From the human T2T-CHM13v2.0 reference genome, Homo sapiens: a stretch of DNA of 64,000 nt. The notes under the pieces are model-generated. The model had not been told where the DNA came from. It ran no database searches and was given only the letters and a program-made list of their open reading frames with translations. The stretch is from assembly GCF_009914755.1 (NCBI RefSeq), contig NC_060926.1. One strand, written 5' to 3'. Shown here piece after piece: positions 11,732 to 26,100 of the stretch; the first letter of the stretch is position 1, and each line of letters begins with the position of its first letter. The position numbers and the translations under genes are program-made.

Positions 11732-11759
11732 GGTTTGTGCTCTGAGCTATAACACTGTG
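11732..11759 (-). other. Orphan 12-RSS with only a CDR3-like stub
   Basis: CACAGTG + TTATAGCTCAGA (12) + GCACAAACC, preceded by AATGGTTACAGTTAGACCCT. No intact V exon upstream. Confidence 0.7.
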
Positions 11760-11829
11760 AGGGTCTAACTGTAACCATTTAGATCAGCACTAATGAAAAT
11801 AATTTTTTAATATGGTGAAAATGTCTGCA

Positions 11830-13610
11830 AATTTCTAACAGAAAAATTGATGAAAAGATGGTTTTTCTTAGGCCCCCACAGCAGTCTCTGCCTGGGACCT
11901 GACTTTGTCTTTGAGCCAGTGGAATCTATGCTGAGATTGTAAGCTGGGCAGGGAAATCACAGCAGGGCAGGCTGTGCTCTGGGTGCTGAGGAGGACAGGA
12001 GGACACTCCTTCAGGGTTAGTGATGCTGGGAGTTCGAGGGGAGAGACTGCATGGAGCTGCCTGTGAATCGCCCTAGCAATGCCCTCTGGACACTGCTCAT
12101 CTCACAAGTGTACTCGGATGCCAGTGGATGGCCCAAACATGGGCTCAGGTTGGACAAGGACAAAGATTTAGGGATGAATATATGGGGCTCATTTGATACT
12201 CTGAAGTTTCAGCACAAGCATAACGAATTATATGGGGAGAGAAAGAAGTCACAAGGTTGTGATTTTTCATTTGGTATTAAAATATATCCCCTCTGCTCAT
12301 TTTTCCCTGCAGAATGTAACTACTGATACATATTTAAGCAAAGTCACTGTTTTTAATTGTTTTAGTAACTGACAGCCTGTGTGCACAGTTCCTAAGTAAC
12401 TGGGTAGCCAGACCATCATTCCTATGGTAAAGCCAGGAAGTGACTGTGGATGTGAACAAATGTGAGTTTAATGTACATGTCTCCAAAGCCACGGGCCACT
12501 GATCTAGGGAGAACCTGCAGTCAGTTTGCTTTCCCATGCCCAGATGAGAGGACACCTTGATCTGTGTTCTTCTGATGAACTCTAAAAACTCTAAAAACTG
12601 ATGAACTCTAAAAACTAATATTCTGAAGGTCTAGTTCATACTTCTTTTCTTTGCTAGAGGGACTCTCTCACTCACATGTATTGTACTCTCTGCATAGAAC
12701 AGTATGTGATACATACAACTTGTTTTCTGCTAAATACCCATCAATCATGTCATTCATGAGTCTTCCATAGATGTTACCTGCCCTATGAATCTGGGCTCTT
12801 CCAAAAGAATGGGCCAGAGGTGGAGCTGTGCTTTCACATTCTCTTGTGCTTCCCTCGTGGACAACCTTTGCTAGTTGTCACCCTTCCCACCCAGCAAAAG
12901 TAACTGTCTTTCTGACATCTACACAATCATTTAGGTTTTCCTGTCTTAAACTTCATATAAATAGCATTATGTGTATTTTTATCTTTTTAGTCTTGGTATT
13001 ATTCCTTACTACTTTTGAGGCCTTCATTTCTTCCAGTGGACTCAAGGTCCTGTCTGATGTCATTTCCTGTGATTCTGAAGGATTTTCTCTCAAATGTTTT
13101 ATAAGACATAGCTGCTATGAATGAATGTATTTTGTTTACCAAAATTTTTTTTTTTGCCTTTTTGTTAGATTTGAAGGATATTTTCACTGGATAGATTTCC
13201 TGGCTGCCTTCTTTTTTTTCCTTTTCAGCATTTAAATATGTCATTTTACTGCTTCTAGCCTCTATTGGTCCCGATGAAAACTTAGCCAATGGCTACGTTG
13301 TTGTGTCTCTGTATATAGTGTCTGCTTTTATTCTGATGCAATGAAGATTTTTTCTTTGTCTTTCAACATTTTAATATAGTGTGTTCACTTATTAATTTCT
13401 ATTGACTATCTAAAAGGGTTTTATTGAATTATTTCATCTAAGAATATTTTTTATTACTTTTGAAAAGTTTTTGTCATTGTATCTCCAAATATTTTTTCAG
13501 CCACTTTCTCTGTCTCTCCTTCTTTGTGACTCTCATTATACATTTGTTGGTATCCTTCACTCTGAGCTATAAATCTCTGACATTTCTTCCTTTTTTTCTA
13601 AACATTTTCT
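11830..13610. repeat. Duplicated block, paralog at about 61915-64000
   Basis: Shared TTGATGAAAA...GGTTTTTCTTAGGCCCCCACA through CTGAGCTATAAATCTCTGAC. Confidence 0.85.
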
Positions 13611-14054
13611 TTAGGCTCAAACATTTCCATTCCTCTATTTTCAAGTTAACTGATTGTTCTGTCATCTCAATTTGCTATTAGACCTAGCTAATAAATATTT
13701 AAATTGTATTATGGTACTTTTCATTTCTAGAGTTCCCATTTGGTCATTTTTTATACTTTCCATTTCTTTTCTTGAGGTCCTACTTGCTGAATCTTCTTTT
13801 TAAAAATATTTTCGTTTTTATGTCAATGATCATAGTTTTAAAAATAATTATTTGAACATCTGCATATTAACTGCTTTGTAGTCTTTGCTAAAGCCAATAA
13901 TGAGGACAAGTTAGAATCAGCTTTCATTGGCTATTTTCTGTTGTCATTATTGTAGTTGCTTTACTTTGTTCCTTCAATATAAATCATACTCCTCTGTTTT
14001 TTTTTCAGGATTTTTTAAAACTGAAAGCTGCACACTTTTGATAATATATTATAG

Positions 14055-14390
<336 letters not shown>

Positions 14391-14445
14391 ACTGGTTTCA
14401 TTTTTCTGAGCATTTTAAAATTTTTTTCTTAGTTACTTGTCAGAA

Positions 14446-14740
14446 CTTACAAGACTTATGATAGTTGGAGTTATCATTTTTTGACTTTCAGATGGTGTGA
14501 AAGTGATATGCATTCAAGTAGAAATAGTACTTCTAGTATTTATACAACTATTCTATCTTCTCTTTCAATAGAGTATTCAATAAATTGCATGAGATATTCA
14601 ACACTTTGTTGTAAGATAAGGTTTGTGTTAGATAATGTTGCCCTACTGTAAACTAATGTAAGTGTACTGAGCACATTTAGGATAGAATAGGCTGAGCTAG
14701 TGGATTACATATATTAAATGTATTTTCAATGCATGATATT
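14446..14740. mobile_element. MER47/Tigger5-like DNA transposon
   Basis: Resembles the MER47 consensus (TGTGTTAGAT...TAATGTAAGTGT.CTGAGCAC). Confidence 0.5.
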
Positions 14741-15865
14741 GAAAAATCTATATCTCATATGGTGTTTGACCACTGATATCTCTGCTTTTTATTCTTAATA
14801 TTTAGTTTGAATTTATAGAAACTGCACATGTATCTGCACAGCTTAGTGGTCACCAATGATTTGAGAAGAAGTTTTGCTCAAATATCTGGAGGTTATAAAT
14901 CTATCTTCTGTCAATCCATCTGTGTGTAGTTTAAAAAGCTCCTGCAAAATGCAGCTAGTTCTTACCTCCCTCTGGTTTTACTTTGCACCGGGCACTTCTG
15001 GGTCTCATCACTCATATCTATAGCTTCTAAGTCACCAGGAATGTGTGTAGAGATTGTTTCAGCAATATGGCTCTATCTTACCCAGGAATCTGCTATTTAC
15101 TGTTAGCAGGTGTACTACTTGCCCCAAACAGGGCATCATCTTTGACTAACAAAGCTGTGGGCTTTTTCTGTTCATTCCCTATGGAGTTCTGCATGTTTAG
15201 CTGGAAACACTGAAGAATTTTACTTCATTCCTTGGCTTTACTCAAGTTCACCCGCTTTGGCAGCAAGCTGCTAGCTTTATTTGCTATCCTCATATTGGTA
15301 AAACTCCAGTTCTGTATTTCATGCTGACTGAGCTGGGGGTAGAAGGGTGCTGTCACAGGCAAAAGGCTACAGACTTTTTCTGTCCTTACTCAAAGCACTA
15401 GTACTTTTTTTTCTATAAAGAATATACATCTTTAATTATTTTATGCTTCACCAATTTTCAGAGTGCTGAAATAGTTTTGATATTTTAGCTTTATATGTGT
15501 GTTTGTTATTTATTTTTGCACAGAAGATTTATTAAACTCTTTGTGATGCCATAAACAGAGATGCCTTCTAAAATGCATTTAAATGAACATAATAGCCATG
15601 CTGAAATGGAATGAGGTTATTTACTAACATAAGTAATTTTGGACTTGAGAACTTGAACTCTTCACCCTCAGTTTAAAGAGAAACCAAGGACTTAAAAAAT
15701 AGAGAATCCTGGTCCCTGGATTTCACATTCATGAAGAAATGCACAGTCAATTTTTAAGATGCCTTCTTTGTATTCTAGAACTGAGCAAATTAGTGATTAC
15801 ACTCTACATAATGGGAGCTATGATTGTCTTTAATAGAGATAAGAATTAGAAATAGGAAAAGGTAG

Positions 15866-16245
<380 letters not shown>

Positions 16246-17450
16246 TTACTTGTGTGTGTGTTTTAAGTTTATGTGGAAATACTTTTAGACCTAAAATTTG
16301 AAAAATATGGTAAAAATGATTCCCATATGCGCCTCTTTCAGCTTGCTCTAATGTCAGCATCATAAATAACCACAGTATAAGTATCACAACCATGAAATGA
16401 ACATAGATATAATGTTATTTGTTAACTCATTTAAAATACCATATGGATTTCACTGATTTTTCCTGTTGATGACTTTTTTTATGTTACAAGATAAAATTCA
16501 GGTTTCTGTATTTTATTTGGTTATCCTGTCCTCAATATCTTTAAATCTGTGATAGTTTTTCACTTTTGTTTCTCTTTCATGGCCTTCAAACATTTGAAGT
16601 TTACTGTCCAGGTATGTTGAAGAATGTCCTCCTAGTTGGGTTTGTATATGGTGTTTACTACTGATTCAATTCACACCATTAATTTTTGGCAAGAATAATA
16701 CAGACAGGATGTATCCTCAGTGCTTCACATCAGATGTTACATAATGTCAACATGTCTTATAGGTGGTAATAAACGAATATGATCAATGAAATCCCATTTG
16801 GAAGGAAGTTTTGGACAAAAATAATGAAAACAACTGCTTCTATCACTCTTTCTACTAGGTCATTGCAGACGTCATTAGGAATAATCTATTTCTTCCTTAT
16901 CGAATATGTACTTTATTTTAACAAACTTTAATCTTTTTACAGTCTACTGCATCACAGAGAAAATTGAAGAAATAATTTAGTTAACTTTTAAATGGCAAAT
17001 GTTTCCATAATAACCATTTGCCACTGAAATGTTGATAGCCTGAAGAAAGAAAAAGAATGGGATTTATTCAGCCATGGTAGTATCTTCACATGAACAGCTT
17101 TTACCGAGTCAACTATTTGGATAAATAAATAGAATTTTCTACTACTTAGAATGTTGCAAAATTCAAATGGAGCAGTGTAGCATGCACTGAGCTACCTCTA
17201 CTGGGAAAGTTAAGAACCACTGAGGCTATATAAGGATTCATACAGTGAGTCACTATTTCTGGAAACCTGGGATTCTGGTGCCTCAGTTGAACAGAGTCCA
17301 AGAATCAAAGTCCAAATTGTTCAATGATTTTTTTTTAGAACTGCAAAATGTCCAAATAGAGCAGAGACGCTAAAACTGAGTGGCCACCACATTAGCTGTC
17401 TGTAAAGGAAGCAGCTGGTAAAATCTAGTAAACACTGATGGTCTTGTTGA

Positions 17451-17478
17451 GGTTTTTGTTTCATGTTGAATCACTGTG
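17451..17478 (-). other. 12-RSS of IGKV3-7 (full consensus)
   Basis: CACAGTG + ATTCAACATGAA (12) + ACAAAAACC. Confidence 0.97.
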
Positions 17479-17997
17479 GGAGGTAAGTTATAATCCTGCT
17501 GACAGTAATAAACTGCAAAATCTTCAGGCTGCAGGCTGCTGATGGTGAGAGTGAAGTCTGTCCCAGACCCACTGCCACTGAACCTGGCTGGGATGCTAGT
17601 GGCCCTGGTGGATGCACCATAGATGAGGAGCCTGGGCGCCTGGCCAGGTTTCTGCTGATACCAGGTTAAGTAGCTGCTGCTAACACTCTGACTGGCCCTG
17701 CAGGAGAGGGTGACTCTTTCCCCTGGAGACAAAGACAGGGTGGGTGGAGACTGTGTCATTACAATTTCTCTGGTGGTATCCAAGATTGGAAATAAAACAG
17801 AAATGCACTCATGTAATCTAGATCAAACCAGCTGTCTTTGAGTAGAGCCAAAATTGTTGATCTACATTGAATTTTAATTATATTTCTTGCTGAGCAGAGG
17901 TGGCAGGAGTTTTCACTGATGTGCAAAACCACCTCATGTTCCCCTCACCTGGGAGCCAGAGTAGCAGGAGGAAGAGAAGCTGAGCTGGGGCTTCCAT
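17479..17997 (-). CDS. IGKV3-7: Ig kappa variable gene segment, VK3 family, open frame with non-canonical splice acceptor. Leader exon 17997-17949, intron 17948-17780, V exon 17779-17479
   Basis: Leader [20 protein letters not shown]. 290-nt V region [36 protein letters not shown]...CQQDYNLP. The intron ends ...TCTTGG instead of ...AG. Confidence 0.95.
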
Positions 17998-18090
17998 GGT
18001 TCCGTCTGGGTCCTAACTGAGCAGTTCCTTCCCAGGGCTCTGACCCAGGCATTGATATGGGCTCTGGAAGGTAGGGCAGCTGGGAGGGAC

Positions 18091-18129
18091 ATGCAAAGCA
18101 GCTGGGTGGGAGCTGAGCTTCCAGCTGCA
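18091..18129 (-). promoter_or_regulatory. VK3-type promoter (variant octamer and E-box pentadecamer)
   Basis: CTTTGCAT at 18091-18098, about 95 bp upstream of the ATG; TGCAGCTGGAAGCTC at 18115-18129. Confidence 0.8.
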
Positions 18130-18316
18130 GAGACCACCTGCTTCTTCCTCTCTGCACTGAGCGTCCTGTGCCTCCCTGGTTGTCAGGCCAGAAAAGTCTG
18201 TTGGCTCAGTCTGAGTGTAGAACTCCTCCCTTGTGCTCACATAATTTCACTCCTGTGCCTTTCTTCTCTTCAATCACCTAAATACACCCGTATGATATTT
18301 GGCACAAGTCTGTTAA

Positions 18317-18743
<427 letters not shown>

Positions 18744-20225
18744 CAGATACACCTTTCATTTGCTTATTAGTAATGTTTTCTGAGGGTCCTGAAGCTTTCC
18801 ATTAACCCAGACACATACCCTCTTTGAGTTAAAAACTTCTGTTTACAGTCACATGTCCTGGCAGCCCTGACATAGATGCTCCATGGCTTGCCGATTGCTT
18901 GAAATTAATCAAGTAACTTAACTTCCCTGTGTCTCGGTTTCCATATCTGTGTAACTGTGACAATAGTGGTACCTGCCTTACAGTGCTGTAGACAGTTTAA
19001 AGAAAATAAGATAAAACATTTACAATAGTATTCAGGACATTATGTATGTGGCAATTAATTTTGTTTTCATTGTTTAAATATTCAGCACTACAGTCATCAT
19101 CATTATAAATATACTTAGCATGGAAAATAGTCTTAAATCTAATCCAAGAATGTTTTATCCACAGTCAAATTAAATTCTAAGGCATTTTCTTCAGTAACTG
19201 TACACAACTCTTAAAATCCTAATGATTTGATCTTAATCTGTGCTAAAGTACTCAGACCTTCCATCATTCCCATCCATCCCTGTCTAACGCATTACTTCTC
19301 ATCATCCATTATTTAAATGTTACCCTATAAACGGTCCCCATGTCCTGTTGCTGTCCTTCTTTCTTATGTAATCTTTATTCTACCTTGTTATCTTTTATGT
19401 TATTCTTGCCCCAGGACTGACAATAAGGAAAAGCTACCATCATTTCTTGTAGACTTGCTCCAGTATAATTTTTTCAGGCTTGTTGTCTTGGAAATGAGGA
19501 TTGTGTCTTGCAAAGAAACATATTCATTGGGTCAATGTGTTATGAAATAAAAGATTTTATCTACTTATGATCCAATAATTAATTTAGACTGACTTGAACA
19601 GATTTTTAATGACAAAAAGGAGAAGACGATATAAGAGAAAAATTTAATACAATAGAAAACACAAGCTAATATAACGCTTGCTTCATGGATTTTTACATGT
19701 ATATTAGACATATGCTGGGTATATGTGCGCAACGACAATCTAAAAACTGAATGATAACTAGCTTAAGGAATGCCTGCATTACACTGAGTCTTGCCCACTT
19801 TTCCAGTTATGAAAAGAAAGCTACAGCACTATTTGTATGAGTATCAAACCTTCTAGATGCTGTGATAGAGGTAGAGAAGATTTACTGAGACCAAAGCCTT
19901 GGAAGTAGTAGATGCTTGTTCTATGATATTATGTGGCTGTGGTTGCCGTTGTTAGGAAATACAGTGGGAGTGAAAGCAAGGAGAAGATTTACAAGCTCTG
20001 CTCTTCCTCATACTCACAACCCCCTCTAGAGATGGACAGATGTTGGTCCAGGAATCTCTGACACCTCTTAGAAGCCTTTTGCTCTTTCCAGAATGTTTCC
20101 TGACAAGTATTGTTTTGAGTCACAGATTAGGTGAAACTAGGTGTAGAAGAAAGGACTAGAGCAAGGGAAGAAGTTTTCCATCCCAGACAGTTGTTGTAGG
20201 AACAGGGAAATTGAATTTTTCATAG

Positions 20226-20655
<430 letters not shown>

Positions 20656-20856
20656 TACTGATGTATTAATATTATTCATCTTCTTGAATACACCAAGTGG
20701 TAAAGTGCAAATCCACACTTTAAACTTGAGATTTCTCCTCCTATGTGAATTATACTAGTGAGGAACAAAAAAATTCTCTGTTGGTGGGGAGATGATGTTT
20801 GACAGCGGTCAGTTTGTGAAGCAGAGGCTTATGTCACAGGACTTTTTACAGTATTA

Positions 20857-21450
<594 letters not shown>

Positions 21451-22317
21451 TTACAGCTTTGTGTCTGTTCTTGTGAAACAGAGCTACCACATAGGCATTG
21501 TGCCAAGAGCAGTAGCGTAGGGGCAGTTTTGCAGTCATATTTATCCCCACTTTTAATGACATGCTAATAAAGGAGTGGGTTATTCAGGAATAGCTAGAAA
21601 ATGGGCAGTAACTTTCAGGTTTTGCCATGGCAATGGTAAACTGATATGGCACTGGTGGGCATGTGTTATGGACAGGTGCTTCCAGTGTCTCTTCCTTGTG
21701 TCAGCCAGTCTTCAATCTGGTCCTGGGTTGAGTCCCACCTACCTCCTATCTCATTGCTCCCTCAGAGATTAGATACTCCTCCTTAATCTTAAGGGGACTG
21801 CAGAAGAGCAGAGTCCCTTTTCTGTAAGTGCTTCCTGCTGACTTTATGGGGGCAGGCCTTCCCTAGCCTTTGAGGAGTAAAAATCTTTGGTACCTGAACT
21901 AAGGGGCCCAATGGCACGATGCATTCATTTGTGGGGTCAGAAGACAGAATGGGTTGGAAGACTTATGACAGACCGTATCATCTTTACATGAAATTTAGAA
22001 GACATAAACTTTACTAGGATGTTAAACAAGAAAATTATAATTGGAAGAGAGGGAAAAATTAATGCTCCTAGGTCCACCTACGGAACCATGTTATTAATCC
22101 ATGTGTTTGCAAAACAACAACCTTAAGTTTTCTGTTTTATAAATGGAGGTTGTGGTGTCCCCCTTTTGTGGCTGTAGGACCTTGTAAGAAACAGGTTTAA
22201 TCCTGGGCAGCTGTACCCAACTAGTGGCTTCCTGAAGCCTAACAGTAATTAAGAGTAATAAAGAATATCTGATAATGGCTCCTTATTCTGGTTATTATTG
22301 ATTCTTGGGGGATCATT

Positions 22318-22608
22318 TTGTTGTTGTTGTTGTTGTTGTTGTTGTTTTTTGAGATGGAGTCTCGCTCTGTTGCCCAGGCTAGAGTGCAGTGGCACAATCT
22401 TGGCTGGGCTCACTGGAACCTCTGCCTCCAGTTTTCAAGCTATTTTCATGCCTCAGCCTCCTGAGTGGCTGGGATTACAGGCATGTACCACCATGCCCAG
22501 CTAATTTTGTAATATTAGTAAAGATATGGTTTTGCTATGTTGGCAAGGCTGATTTCGAACTCCTGGCCTAAGTGATCCGCCCATCTCAGCCTCCCAAAGT
22601 GTTGAGAT
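22318..22608 (-). mobile_element. Alu with a (CAA)n-converted tail
   Basis: (GTT)n at 22318-22345 followed by a reverse Alu body. Confidence 0.9.
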
Positions 22609-22787
22609 GAAAACGTCACAGGAGCTGATGAAAAAGGAAAAGGAGACAGCAATGATCCCAGGCCTTTTTAAAGGGAGAACAAGCTGAAAGCAGCAAAATA
22701 CAACAGTTAAATCTCTAAGACACTAATCTCAGAAGTTTTAAAAGAAACTCATTATCGTATCACAGGCAAAATTTTTTGTTTTACTTG

Positions 22788-23115
<328 letters not shown>

Positions 23116-26100
23116 TTAAAGCTGTATTTTTATTAAGTAAAGTGTAGAAGAAAAAGTGTAAATAAAGTGACAGAAGGAAAACACAAGGCTGTTATGGAAA
23201 ATGATAACCTTAGGGCAGAAAACAAGAAAAGGCAAACCAAGATTTCCATAGGGTGAGGCTCCAATCCACAATCCTCGGATGAATGTCAATGCTAAAAACC
23301 CTGGAGCCTCCAGGGAGTGGCCAACAGTACTAAATGCTGAAAACCCAGAGTACACGAGTATCAGCCTATGAATGTCCCACACCAAATGCCAGGAAACCCT
23401 GGAGTATCCAGGGGCTGACCAGTGCAGAAAATCCTGGAGCCTCAGTGGGGTGGCCAACAATGAGCCCCAAAGGCCTGGTTGGGGCCATAGAACAATGTGA
23501 CTCTGGCTTCTTAGAGTCAACAGAACAGGAGAATTCTTACATCCAAGTGTCCTGCCTTAAACAATTGCACAAACATAATTAGTAGGGACCCAAAGAAAAA
23601 ACTGCAAAGCAAACACATATATCAGGACAGAAAATAAGATAAAATGGCTGATGGATAAATAAAATGTCATTAGAGGAGAAATGACTAAGAGAAAGATCAA
23701 TGAGGATGTAGTCAGGTGTGCTATGGGGGACTTCAAATGGACTATTTAGCCAAAGGCCTTATTTCCTGGACCATCTGACATAGGGCAGGTGGGTAGATGG
23801 GACACTTACAGGTGTGCAGGAGCCAAAATGGTGCCAAGCAGTCTCTAACATGAGGCCTGCGTGAAGATCTCTCCAGGCTCCCCAGCTTGGGTGGGTTGAA
23901 CTCCCACGGGTGAACTGGTGCATGGAGCGGCTGGCCTGCATGAAGCAGTGGCTCTGTGGCCACTTACCTAACTGCTCAGCTCCACCGCCTGTCAGGAAAG
24001 ATGATGGCTCTTAAAACAGCCTTTGGCCAGTGTTAACAGCTCTGCAATGTTAGCAACTATGTAGCTTTAATCGCTGTAGCGCCGATCTCGCCCTCTCTCA
24101 CTGATCGCTGACTTGCCACTTCTCCAATAGCTGTCTCGCCCATTGCTGATCGCTATGTCCATCTTCTCACAAAATGCCATCTCTTGCTGTCTCTTGCTGT
24201 CTTGCTTCTCCACTGTTTCTGCTGTCTCACCACCACATCAAACACTGCCTCTCACCATGTCCCATTTATCCTCCCTCCTTATTAAACATCCATCTGCATG
24301 TCCAGGCCTGGCATCCCCAGGCTGATGTCTCTGTCCTGGGCCAGGTACTGGAGAGTATTGTTCCTCCAACTTCACCAATAAGCCATGGTTCTCTCAAATC
24401 AAATTATCTCACTGCACCAATTTTGCCAAGGTTTGCAGTGTACTGGTCACCAACTTACCCAAATCTACTGGGACACAATTCCCATGCACAACGAGTAACA
24501 TGAAGTGGATTACTACCTACAGAGAGTCAGTCAGAGAGAGCACAAAGCTGCCGGGGCCTGATTGACACTAGACTGTGCCTACCCCACAAGGACTGCAGCT
24601 GAGGGACCCTGGAATGCAGCCTACCCTGGGTTTTATGTCTTAGAATCACATGACACACTGGGCTGGAGTGTTGAAGGAATTCCTGTTTCTAGTAGGGACA
24701 GAAACAGAACCCAGGCTGTTCTGGCCAATCATGCCCTATCTCAGAATGTTACAGTTCCAGAACATTCTACAGTTATTCCTGAAAACTACAATCAAGAAAA
24801 GGAAGGAGACTGGGTTGATTCATGACTAAATGGAAACTGTTCTGCAAATACCACAGTGAAATCAAAACTCAGTATTTTTGAGACTGGGTTATTTCACTTA
24901 GTGTAATGTCCTCTAGTTCCATCCATGTTGTAGCATGTGTCAGAATTTCCCTTTTTAAAACTAAATAATATGGAATAGTATGTATATACCACATTTGGAT
25001 TACCAGTTCCCTCCTTTGTGAACATTTGAGTTGCTTCTACATTTAGCTACTGTGAATAATTTGCTTCTGTATGTGGATATACAAATATCTCCTCAATTTA
25101 ATGTCTTCCATTACTTGGGTATATGTCCAAAAGTGGAATTGCTGAATTATATAGTATTTCTATTTTTAATCCTTTGAGGAATTGCCATCTTGTTTCCCAC
25201 AGCAGGTGGGCCATTTACATCACCACGACAGTGTCCACAGGAGTTCCAGTTCCCTAAATTCTCACCAAGACTGGTCATCCTCTGTTGGAAAAAAACATTC
25301 TAACAGGCATCAGGTGGGTTTTGTTTTTATTTTTCTAAGGATTAATAATATTGAGCATCGTTTCCTATGCTAGTTATCTAAATATCTCTAAAGTATCTTC
25401 TTTAGGGAAATGTCTATTCATATACTTTTCTCATTTTTAACCAGTTATTTTATTTTTACTGTTCACATGTAGAACTTATTTTTGTATAGTAGATATTATT
25501 AACCCCTTATCAGATATGATTTTCAAATATTTTCTTCTATTCCACATGTTGCATTTTCACTGTGTAGGTTTTATCTTTTGATGCCCATTTTAAATTTTTA
25601 TGTAGTCCAATTTAATTTTTTCTTCTTTTGCCTGTATTTTGGTGTTAAAGGTGTTAGTATTTAAATGTCTGTAAATATTCACTTACTACGCTGAGAATGT
25701 CACACTTCACCTTCTCTCTCTGATGGTGGAGCTAAGAGTGTTACACTCTCCCATTTTGTCCTAGGGGACAGTGAAGCTAGGTGAGAACCCAGTGGCTTTT
25801 CTGAGCTTATTTGTCTTGCATTTTTGGTGACATGGATTGTTGTTCACATCAGCTTCCTCTGGCAAGTCCACCTGGAAAGCATTATATTTAGCAAGAAAAA
25901 AGGAGGCTCTGAATGATGTCACTGTAAGCTGTTTATATTCCCTGTTACAAATGTCAAATCCGTGAAGCATAAAGGGATTTACTAGAGGATATTAAATTCC
26001 TTAGAAATTGTTGAAAAGCCTTAAGCAACAGGCTCCAGGCAAAGCCTCTGGAACAATTCCAAGAATGGCACTGCTGGCGCAGGTTGGGGAGGAGCTCCTG

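Noticed and set aside
12572-12617. Short tandem duplications (TGATGAACTCTAAAAAC; also 11261-11308 and 55022-55064)
   Set aside because: Ordinary replication-slippage duplications with no sign of function.
12440-12680. GVPxRFSGxG-like motif on the minus strand (also about 62560-62700)
   Set aside because: Only the FR2-FR3 start resembles a V region; downstream spacing to a Cys or RSS does not fit. Too weak without an HMM search.
23295-23470. Several imperfect spaced repeats beginning AAA.CCTGGAG
   Set aside because: Degenerate tandem repeats within ERV internal sequence. Not a CRISPR array: eukaryotic DNA, irregular units and no cas genes.
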